A stretch of 64,000 nucleotides of DNA from Leptogorgia sarmentosa. Lineage: Eukaryota. The notes under the pieces were generated by a model. The model searched no databases. It had not been told where the DNA came from and saw nothing but the letters and a program-made list of their open reading frames with translations. The stretch's first letter is position 1. Each line of letters starts with the position of its first letter. The translations under genes and the position numbers were made by a program. Positions 23,986 through 35,628 of the stretch are shown here, one piece after another. The stretch spans positions 7,998,001 through 8,062,000 of the forward strand of contig OZ210884.1 of the NCBI GenBank assembly GCA_964658305.1. The letters are read 5' to 3'.

Positions 23986-25202
23986 CATCATCAGTAAAAT
24001 ATTTTCACCAAATTTCGAAATTTTACTACTCAGTTTGAAAGGTTATTTTCGGGAATTCCGGTTTTTCGTCTGGGTTTTCTAGATCAAAGATTAGCCGATA
24101 ATGGGAATTGTTCATTGGCCTCAAGTTGCGATCTCGTTGATTTAAAATGTGAATGGACAAAATAGAAACTGGGTTATTCAATTATATTAAGACGACGTTT
24201 TTCCGTATGTCACGTATCTCGCGCTCAACACTAAAATTCGCAGAAATAAAAGTTTCAAATTTTGAGAATTCTCAGTCGGCAGACTAATTTAAAAACTTTG
24301 TTGGATTTATAATTAATGGTATAAGGTACGCCAAGGAGAAAGTTACGTTTGAAATCTTGTTTTTATTGTTGAAACTATAAGGCTTCAAGGCGCTGGTTAT
24401 GCGAACATAAAAGCTCCTAATTTTTATATTCTTCTTACTTTCTCGAAACCCAAAAACAGTTTTATAGTTAGCAAACAGTGCTGTCAAGTCAATAATCATA
24501 GAAATTTTGAGAGAAACACTGTTATTGTAAACATTGTAAACTGTATTTTGAGCTATGACCTATAACCAATTTTGTATCTAGCTTTATTCTTTTTTTGCAC
24601 TGCCTCATTAGAATATTGTTTCAAATTCTAAAACTGAAAATTTATTAAACATTTATCCACGTTTCAGGTACTACACATTTTGAAGTACATGGTGATGGTG
24701 TAAATTTCGGCCATGCATATGCAATCATTCAGTGGAAAATTGAGACTTGATTATCAACACTCAGAACTCAACACTCTTGGCACCGCATATTCATCAAACC
24801 ACGAAAGCAATATGTTGAGTTTCATTTTACACCAACCCTCACTATTGATGGACTCCACATTTCTAGAGGCATTAGCTATATATTGCTAACATCTAATTTC
24901 CGAAACCTGTGCTCGAAACGTCGAATCTGTCTGTATCGTTTAGGTGGTAAGTAAACTTGTTGATGTTGCTATCAGCAATCTTCACTGCCACATATTGAAA
25001 TGATGGTTGGACTGCACTCTCATGTATTCTTAATTTAATTAAGTTTTGTTTTTCTTCACACAACTGCATGTTTCCTGATTAATAATGTTTGACCTCTTCC
25101 CATATCATATTGTTGGTGATTAGAATTATGTCTGCTGCCTTTTTTCTAGCCTCCTTGTCAGTTTACGTTACGATTGTGAATTAAATTGATCGGCGAGTCA
25201 GA

Positions 25203-28200
25203 ATGCGACTTCAAACATTGCTATTGAAAACTATCCTTGTCCTTGTACTCTTCGATATCTTATGCAAACTCAAAGGCGAGTCAATTCGTAGATTAATACC
25301 GAAAAAAAAGTGTGATAAAATCTCAGGCGTGGAGGTTCGTTATAACGAGTTCTACGAGCTTTATCTAGGACATGACGCGGACAATGATCAAGTTGATGAA
25401 AATGGAATTGTATACAAAAGCTTAAATAAAGCGGTGAACGCTTGCTGCCCTGGAATGGAGCTTAATTTCACTCTGGTGAATACATCGGTGGAATGGCTGG
25501 TCCAAAAAGATATACTACATCACCATGAAGCACGAAACAACTCTCGGTTGATCTTTTACTTTCCTGAGTTTACATCGCAAGGAAATATAGGTACGAGGAA
25601 ATATGCACTGCAGGAATGCATGTGACTAAAATTGACAAATGTTAGACCTGCCGCTATAGTCGCTACCTGAGAGAGAAATAATAGGCTGATTACATCAAGA
25701 AATTTGGGCTCGGGCTGAGATTTCATCCAGACTGTGGACGTATGGAAAGGAGAAGAATATTCTGAATAAGAAACACGAAGTGCATTAAAATATGAGCTTT
25801 TGTTATTCAAATTGTACTCCTCTTTCAATACGTCAACAGCCGGGTTCAAATTCCATCCCGGGCTGAAATTTCTCCATGTATAGTCATCTTCAAGTTTTGT
25901 TATCAATTGGGCTATTTGGCGTAACATTATGGGATATCTATCGTTTTGAGGCTTTGAGCAAAGGTGCAGGGATCACAAGATTACTCGAATTCATTTTGCT
26001 AACTGCCATTATGCGGTTTTTATAAACAAATGAAGTGAATAAAAAATGAAGCTGATAGACTAGGGAAGAAAAGAAAATAGTCAATTCAAACCATGCATAA
26101 ACATTACAATTAACTGTTTATGGCTAGCAATCGAGACGAGTTGGATGCGACCTTAATTATTTCCATGCAGCACGTTTTGTGATATTCATCTGGGCGTAGG
26201 AATTTCCTGTTTATCCTTGAAGCCCAATTACACAACGTGATATGCTAAAAAAATGGAATCATCGAATAGATCATGTCCGTGATTTCAGAGAAATGCGCAT
26301 TGGGAATAATTGCATATCCATTCCACGTTTGTGAGTGTATTAGCATTAAAAGCTTGCGTCGTGACTGAATATTTTTGGCCCAGTTACATGATTATGATTG
26401 CGCCGGAGTGACATCAATTTAGGACGCTTTCCAGTCTTCTCTGCTCTTCAAACGTTTTGTATTTAAAGTTTATGTTTAGCGCTGTGATATTATCACAATT
26501 TAAGTGCTAAATCCACTTTGAAATACCAAAAGTCGCTCGGACAGTATTCTGGTATCGTGTAACTGGGGCCTTAGTGACCTGCGTTTGAATCCCTCGGACA
26601 AACAATCCATGAGTTTGTGAATAGATCGACGTATATACCTGAACGAAAGAACCCAAAGTGAGAGTGAAACAAGGTTTGCATGAAACCTTTAGACGAGTTA
26701 GGTGTCAACTACAACTGCTCATGTAGTATAGTCTCATATTTTCACGTATTTTTATTTAGAGGTCTACTCGCATCAGATTCCGTTTCTAAAGTTACGAAAG
26801 TCGCCAGGATTCGCTTTAGTGATGTTGAAGAGCGAGTCACATTTGCACTTATCTGCGTTGGATATTATTGGACCATCATGGCCAATTTTTGCTTTGGTAC
26901 TGACTTTGTCTTGGGCGGTTGGAATCATTGGTTGGGCTTTGGTAAGTATCAAAATCTGTGGATCCAGATTCCAGAATCCAGCAAATTCGGGATACATTAC
27001 TGCCTACTTGGCTACTTCCCTTATTTGTCGCAGCTATTGAAAAAAAATATCACCATCTGAGAGAGAATACTGCACACGTCAACTTAGACCAAACGTTTAG
27101 ATAATGAATAAAATTTTTACTGATTTTTACATATGCGCGCTACCGTTGATATCGCGCTTGTTTAGTCAAGGTGAAGTTAAGGTGAGTAAATACGGTATGT
27201 GAGATCGAGTTTCACTGAAGTATGTGCAAGTAATTATGTTTCTTATAAAGAATGCTGTCGACAAGTATTTTCGACGTTTTCCAATACATGGCTTATATAT
27301 GATTAGCGTCATGTCTGCACTACCTACATTGGCCACACAAAGTATATTGAGACCCCAATTACACGATACCGTGTCCGCATCGATTGACATCAATTTAGGA
27401 GGCTTTCCAGTCTTCGCTGCTCCTGAAACTTTTTGTACTTCCAATTTTCGTTCAACTTGATGAGATTTAAAGACTCTCAGACTGTATCTTGAACATAACG
27501 TACATTTTTCCACCCACAGGAACATAATTCAAACCCCGAGGATTTCCCTACACCATTTTTTCGAGGAATGTTTGAAGGATTTTGGTGGGCTGTTGTTACA
27601 ATGACGACTGTGGGGTGAGCACACTCGATAGGCATATTTAACGTCTTAGGAAATCAATTGTTTTTATGGTATGTGAACACTGAACATGATTATATGAATA
27701 TGCCCCCCCCCCCCAATTATCGTTCTGGCTACGCCATTGCAGCAAACCTATTTTCCCATGTTTCAGATACGGTGATAAAACCCCCAAGTCAATCTTCGCT
27801 CGTATTCTTTGCATTTTCTGGATATTAGCTGGTGCTATTCTTCTTTCACTGTTCACTGGGAATACAACATCCATCATTACTGCCAATAGAATTGAGCAGA
27901 ATTCACGGACTATGGGTAAAAAGGTGAAAATAAAGTAGAAGCAGTTAATATAATAATTATCTTTCGGCTTGACAGCCGAAAACATCATTCAGCATAATTA
28001 TTCAATATCACGTGATCGATCATATCTAGCATGATCCAATTTCAAATGACCAATTTTCGATCAGAGTATTATAGAATTTATTCCATATTATTGCACTAGA
28101 TTGGGGTGGTTAATATGAAATACTTCGTGGAGACGGAACTGAATCTTGGAGCTCATATTCTAGGTATGAACCAACCTCGTCCCCAGGACCATGCCATTTG

Positions 28201-30276
28201 GGCGATATAGGGGGAGGCCATTTCGTGCCTCCCCTATATCGCGCAAATGGTCCCGGGGACGAGGTTGGGTATAAGCGTGTGCTTTATAACAAATAATAAC
28301 TTATTAATGAAGCGAGACGAGATGCTCTTGTACTTTTTATTATATTAGTTATATTACCCCCAAAAACATCCCACTACAGGCTGTTTCATCCAGGAAGAGG
28401 ATTCCGAGGCAACAGCATCAACGAGCAGCAAAAGTTCTACTCACTACATAAACGATACAAACAGAAACAGGAAAGCGCCTTTGCTGGAAGCGTCGAATCT
28501 GTTTTATCGTTTAGCTAGGCAGTAGATCTTTTGTTGCTGGATGATGACCACTATAAATTGTTTCTCAGCCATTAATCACAGTTTGTCATTTTACTGGAAG
28601 TGGTGCTTGCCATATGTTAAGATAATAAACAATTATTTCATCCACAGCTCTCATTGGGCTTAAATTCGCCCTATTGTGATGCGAATTAGTAGGAAATTTC
28701 AATTCATTATGGGATTACAGAAATTCTATCATCTTTTTTCAGAATACACCAAAGTTGAATCCGCGCTAAATGCTCTTTCGAACAAGACAATCGATCGACT
28801 GTTGTTTCCGCACTACCTGGATTTACTTTATCTCATGTCTGACCCTTATTACCGCTCAGGATTGTTCTCTGATATCTATATCGCGAAAGAATTGGATAAA
28901 TCTTATCAGATTGGAATGGTGTTGTCGCATCCTGACGCTTCATCCGTCCGTAATGATGATTTTTATACTTGTTTGGAAATTATGACATCTAGATTCGCTT
29001 CTGAGGTAGGGACACGTAGGGGCACGTAGGGTGCCTCGCGCGACATTGTTGGCCCGTTGTTCATCCAGCTTCTTTTCCAGCTGCAGAAAACGAATGATCG
29101 TGTTTAGTGGATAAGGCAAAAATGCGCATTTGGTCACGAATCATGTCTATCTCCACTGTTCTAGCGCCTGCACTTAGATAGCCACCGTATAAATTCAGCC
29201 AGAAGCGAGTGCTTTGTAGCAATGGCTTGGAGTGCCTAATTTGTTGGCATTTTGAAGCATGGGAAATTTTGCATGAAAAAGTAGTGTCAAAGCCTCTTTT
29301 CAACTTGTCGCAAAAGTCAATCCGCAAGCTGGCAACGAGTGCTTTCAAAGATTGTGATCTCGTAGCGACCTTACGAGTTGGCTTTTGCGGTGAAAAAGTG
29401 ACCGAAATTCCTTGCCACAGATTGCATGGGGCGAGCCAAAAATGCCCTTATACTTGCCCGCCATTTTATGGAGACAAAATTTCACTGAGAGTAACGGTAG
29501 GAGCACGCATTCTAATTTTATTATTTCTACAGTATACAACCCCACTTACTACATATGTTTTAGCTCAAAAGCAAAAAAAACCCTGTATGTATTTGTATGT
29601 TATAAATTAAGTTCCCTTATATTTAGCTCGATTACAACTACTCTCGCATTGATGACTCCATCATTGTTGAAAGCCAAAGCACATTTGACACAGATGTCAC
29701 CCAGCAATATCTTTACGCCATATTGGGTGTGGTTGGAGTCATTGTCATTCTTGGGGCAGCTTTTGATATCTACAATCACTGGCACAAATCTGGAAAAATG
29801 AGAGAGCAAAAATCTTCAGGTACTTTGATTGTCTTACGCTCTTTAATCACTGCTGGCAAATACCTGGTGAAGCTGTATCAAAGGCGTCTAGCTTAAATGG
29901 TGGATAAGTAAAAAAGCAAATATTAAGAAATCTACATGAGCTTAAAACCAAAAGTAAACTATACTTTTCTGTCTAAAAATAACAACTATGGATAGAAATA
30001 TACATTTAGTCGAAAAAATTTAAGATAAACCACTTACAAGTCGAACAGAAACGTTTTTAATCTTTGCATATACACCATTCAAACCAGGCGTATTTGATAC
30101 AACCGACACCTGATAAATTAGCCAACCGAACCTAATGCAAATGAGCTCAAAGAAAGCAATGAGCTATAGCTCATGCTCATTAAAATCAGGGTTGGCGTGT
30201 GAGAAGTTCGGTGTTAAAAAAAACCTATCAATATTCACCTTCAGAGTACGATCTCGGAGCTTCAACACCCGTCTAA
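25203..30276 (+). CDS. GluR0/AvGluR1-like ligand-gated channel with K+ selectivity filter, paralog 2 (~457 aa, 8 coding exons)
   Basis: Exons 25203-25590, 26760-26941, 27520-27614, 27767-27923, 28100-28163, 28743-29005, 29627-29819, 30245-30276; exon lengths identical to paralog 1 (388/182/95/157/64/263/193/32). Pore GFWWAVVTMTTVG|YGDKTP; M3 ...SLFTGNTTS; ends EYDLGASTPV*. Confidence 0.88.
28171..28268. mobile_element. Short palindromic MITE in intron 5 of paralog 2
   Basis: CCAACCTCGTCCCCAGGACCAT ... ATGGTCCCGGGGACGAGGTTGG with an internal stem gcgatatagggggaggc/gcctcccctatatcgc. Absent from the equivalent intron of paralog 1. A related half-end is at ~54799. Confidence 0.8.
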
Positions 30277-32681
30277 TGTTAGTGTAAACAGACGTTTTTG
30301 GCTCATGACCTGTATTCCACAGATACGAAGATGCACTCGCAAGAGGAAACCATCTCCGCTGGAGCTGCTAGAGACCTTCAACCAGCTGGACAATTACGGT
30401 TATCAAGTGTGAACACAATTAAAATATGAAATGATAAAAGAAATGTATGATCAAGGCAGGGGCGTGCTGTCCAGGATCGAGACATTGCGAACTCGTTGTG
30501 GGCCCCTGGGATAATGGCCCCTTGAACTATAGATTTAAATTTTAAATAAATATTAAATCCACAAAAGTCCACAAAAGCAACTTTGTTGTGAGTACGAGCT
30601 AAGTCATGACGTCTTAGACCCGTATTGATAATATTTTATTTTCCTTTCAAGTACATCGCCACAATTTGCATGTGGTAGTTCTTCATGTATTCTCGTTCAC
30701 AGAATCGTGCTAGCTTGTGGCCAATAGAACATATTGGGTAGTACACGTTGTCGGTAAAAAAAAGTGGAAAGTCTGGTCTGTTTTTGTTTGTATCCCGTCC
30801 TTTGGCCTCTTAGATGTCGCTCATTCGTTGTTCTTCTTGACGAGCCAGCATGCACGTCCCTGGGTCGGTTGCGATTTCGACATGTCGTTGTAGGTTTACA
30901 ACAGCAAGGGGGAGGGACATAAAGGTTAATTTTACAATTGCCTACAATTAGGCGTGACCAATCAAAAGCTGAGAAGAGTAATACATTTATTGTATTTAGG
31001 ATTATCAAAGAGTTATGAAACTTGATTATAGTTTTGAAGAACCCCTTTTTGCCAAACAATGAGGTCGAATCCATGATTATATTCGACAAGTGCAAACACC
31101 TTTGCCAAAGTGACTATTTTAATAGCCAGACTAACTCGGAAGTTACAGTTACAACACGAATAATGCATCAATTTTCACAGCTTGAAATTATATTCGATCG
31201 ATTACCAAATTAAAAAACCGGCATGGAATAAACTAATGAAGTGGATAAGAGGAAAATTTTTCAAGTGCCGTATTTACGATGAAATTTATGTGTTGAAAAC
31301 TTGAAATTTCTGTAACGTCCCTTTCAAAATGGTGTTTTTATATAAATGTTTTCCTGGAAAAACAGTTCGCTACCTTCGAAAATGTGTTTGTTAGTCTAGA
31401 AACAGATGGAAAGCCGGGATAGAAAAATTATTAATGTTGGTACAGCCAGTGGGATATGATTGCAATCATGCATTGTTTCATCAATAGAAGCAAGACTTCA
31501 GACGCAATTTTCTTTCAGGCGAACTGCCCAAAATTTTTTTTATTTCCGTTTTGTCTGAAATTATGAATTTAAATAAGTTTGCCGATTGAGAAACCTCAAA
31601 ATTCGAAAGTTGTTAGCTGTTTATTTCGACGTTTTCGTTGCAGGGAATCTGAGTGTTTGTGAAACTGGATTGGGACAAGATATTTGGATCATCGTTCACT
31701 GTAGGCTTGATTTAGATTTCTTGACGGCTTCGTTTGGGCCTACAGGGGTGATGGCTCTTTTGATCGCGTGAGGGTTTCGAACTTCGCTGGACAATAGACT
31801 ATTTCAGTTCAGTGTTTCGGTAGACTTTAATTATTTCGAGATATCAATTCGGTTACAAGTAGCTATCGATTGTGCGAGTTCGAACTAGAGTAGGAGAATG
31901 AACTATGATAAATTTATGGCTAAACATTAGGATATATAAAGGTTATATGACTATACTATAATGTACGTAGCGTTCGTGATGCTAACATCTGTTCCTTAAT
32001 TTGTGGTATATTTTAAATTCGCTAACGGATTGAACAATATCTATATTTAGGCTTACTTTGGTCTCCTCTCTGTCTTCTTTAAATTGATGAGCCAATAGTT
32101 CGGTAGAAATTGAGGTTTTGTATTTATGGTATATATCTTAACGTTCGCTCTCTTCACTCTGATCGTAATCTGCCTAATCTCCTTTCCCCCCTCGTCAAGA
32201 ATCTCTCAACAATGTCTCCGTTGTGTCACTGTTCGGTGGCTATATATTAACTATTTAAGTATTTAAGAGTTGATTCAAACTAACATTCACTAAACATGCA
32301 TGTATATATTGAAAAGTGATTATTATACAGTAGGAGGGTCTGCCTAACCTGGCTGTCTGCCAGCTAGCAATTTTTCTTTGGTCGCTTCACTATTTTGTTA
32401 ATTTGTTTTCGATCTATAGTAGCATTTTCAATCTAATGAGGAACATGGGATCAAAAAGGATGTCTAACTACACATTGGATCGCAACTCGAACAATGGAAT
32501 GATTGGATTGTTATGTTGTGGTTGTGGACAGAAGTGTTGTCGGAAGTTTAGTAAATATAATCATCATGTGTTAACGTCATCATTTCCTTTCCGAATTCAG
32601 TGAAGTGAACATTGGATTTGGTTGTTTATGACCTGGTGAATTCGATGTAATAAACCAATAAAAAAATTAATAACTATTTTT

Positions 32682-32826
32682 GGTTATATTTACATGTTAC
32701 GCACACTAATTCATTTCTATCACATCCTATCCCCCCAACTATAACATTAACTTCACGGCTAATGCCTAACCCTATCCCCATCTAACCCTAACCATTTTCG
32801 TGACTGCGTAACATGAAAATATAACC
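32682..32826. mobile_element. Short inverted-repeat element with internal telomere-like (CCTAAC) units
   Basis: ggttatatttacatgttacgca / tgcgtaacatgaaaatataacc; interior cctaaccctatccccatctaaccctaacc. Confidence 0.6.
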
Positions 32827-35628
32827 CCATTTTTCGTCAGCAATAAATGATCAATTTCAGCGTTCGACTGAAACTCTTTATTTACAGAGGGCATACAAAC
32901 TGATAGTAAAAACTAACAAAAAAACTTAATCCTGATAAGATATTATGCTGAGCTGGACATATCCTTGATCGAAATTATCATCATCATCATTATCATCATC
33001 AATGGATAGTCGTTCGAATGTGCCATAGGCTACCTCAGACTTTAAAATCACGTGCGGGTTTGATTCGTGCTTTTAATTGCACGTGCCTTATAACCAATAG
33101 ACTGAGCTATTTATTCTGCGTCAGTATATACCATCATCTTCAAATGTGTTGGGACAGATGCCCCAAATACATATCATTTTCTCAATGTTGTGTTTTTTTG
33201 CGTACAATAGTGTGTGGATTAGAGAAACAACATTGACTGGGGTGGAATAGGGGAGGGGTGTTATTATTGGTTGTAATTATTAACAGAATGCTATACTGAT
33301 GTCCTAAGACCATTATTGGTGTCCCAGTGACTTTTGAAGTGATTGTACCTCCCAAATATACCATATGTACAGTAATTAACATGAGCAGTACAATATCAAA
33401 TTTTATTAGACAATCAGAAAGTAATTTACACGTAACTACAAATTATAATGAGAAAAAATTTCAACCATTCCACCTATTCACCAATTTCCACCTATCTAGC
33501 TATTTTACAATATGAAATATTTAATTTGAAAATACAGAGAACTGCTATAACATAAAATTACAGTTTTTGGCGGCGTTACACATGATATTAGATAATAGGA
33601 ATAAACAATTAGTACATCTAGAATTTTTGGTCTTAAAAGTAAACGCTATTCAGCCCCTGTAGGACCTGGAGAGCAAGTATAAAAGATTTTACATCTTATA
33701 AAGACTTGAACAAAGAAATACAAATACAACAATCCAATAAATTTTATAAACGAATTAAATGTACAAATGGAAAATTTTGTACAATATTATAAGGCTTGGT
33801 ATCCAGTTTAATACCTAGCTGTTTCTATAAAAAATGTACACGTAATTTTGAATGCGCTATATTATGTCCCAAACGATTTCAGCAAACATGCTAAAACTAC
33901 AGTATGCGTGATTTATTCATTTTTAAGTTTTTCATAGGATCGAAAGTGCTAATGTTTTAACAACGTTAGATATATTGAAATGAAGGAATGATAAGGTTAC
34001 TCATGATGAAAAGTAATTTTGTCAAGTTTTCATTGATCGCCTGAAAACATCGAGCTTTGACCACTCTTAAAATCAGAGGTTCTTTGCGTTGCATGCATTT
34101 ACATCAAATGAAATGAATCAGACCGATTATATAATGACTGAGGGAAAACATGCATCCACTACCACAGCATTATGAGCATCTAAAAGTTTATAGTAACACT
34201 GCAATGTCGGGTTGAACAGAAAATTCATAAAATCAATTTTATCTTGCGTAGTGCAAAAATATCCAAAATTCGCGATTTCCACATTTTTCACATTTTACAA
34301 GTACCAAGCATTGCAGTTTCCCTAACTTTAGGATGCTCTTTAATGCTGTGGTATAATGAAATTTTATGACCATTGACTTTTGCGGAAAAGTATAAAACAT
34401 GTCGGAAAGTATAGGATTTCTTGCTGTCAAAGAATGTTATATATATTAAAGGCAATGTGCATGACCATGCAACCAAATATGGGCAACTACAATTTTCAGA
34501 TGCCTTTCACGGTGTACTTTTACTTTGTTTACAACTGAGGAAGTCTAACATTCCTGGCGTGTCAAATCATTAGTCAAAGCACTTTAAAATGTGATTCAAG
34601 TTCGAGGACGTCAAGAGTAACTCGTGGTGATTTATTCAAAGACCTTATTATTGTCATATGAAGGAGTTTGTGCTCTTGCATGTAATGATATGATGCCAGA
34701 TTAGTCTTCCTTCCGCGAAGTTTGGTGCAATTTGAGGTTAAAAATAAACACAGAAAGCTTGACAAAAAGATTTGTATTCGAAAAGATATTGCTACCGCGA
34801 TTAAGGTGGCAAGCAAGATTCTTGCACAAAAGTATCACACGATAAGCATTGTGCAATGTTTTACTTTCTAAATACTAATAATTACCTTTTTATTTAGATA
34901 TGAAGAAGACTTCTCATGCTCTTTAAAAACTTCGCATATAAAAACTCTTTCTTTGACAGCAATCAATGGTCTTATGCAAGTCATTTATGAAATCAGTCAC
35001 TTTTATATCTGCCACCTTGACATAATTACTACATTATATATTGTTATATATATTGCACGATTCAGCAGATGTCAGAGTTTGAAAGTCGTAAACATTCATG
35101 AAATCTATGTAGATACTTCATTTGGCGTACACGCAAATTCATTAACAGTTTTCGAGGAATCTTTATAATATATATAATAGGCGCGGGTAAAACAAACATC
35201 AGCAAAGTGGTCGAAAATAGTATGTTCCGTTAATGTTCCAATAATCGAAAGAGTCGAAAGGCTATGCATGTCACGGTGACTTTGAAATAAGTATACGAAA
35301 TAAATGGCCATATAAGCATGTAATGTATAACAGATCGCTAAAATTATTTGTTCTGAAATCTTCTCACGAAAACACGCCACGCTTTTCAATAGCTTTTCAA
35401 GTTCTTTGTTCTCGGTGTTAACGGCCACGTGTCGTTAACGGTCTAATGCTAATTATAGACCTGACGGCAGCCAATTTGAATATTATCGGATGTCAATATA
35501 TCTAGCGTTGTATTTGAATGTATAAAAGGTTAAGCAATTAAAAAATTGTTATAATTCGAAAAAATATGCTATATAACTATTATTATCTATGTATCTGGCA
35601 AATCTATAAAAATTGTACAAGAACACAT

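Noticed and set aside
11707..30276. Channel genes as bacterial contamination (GluR0-like)
   Set aside because: Seven spliceosomal GT-AG introns per copy, intronic MITEs, and contiguity with GPCR and myc genes. Ancient horizontal origin is not excluded.
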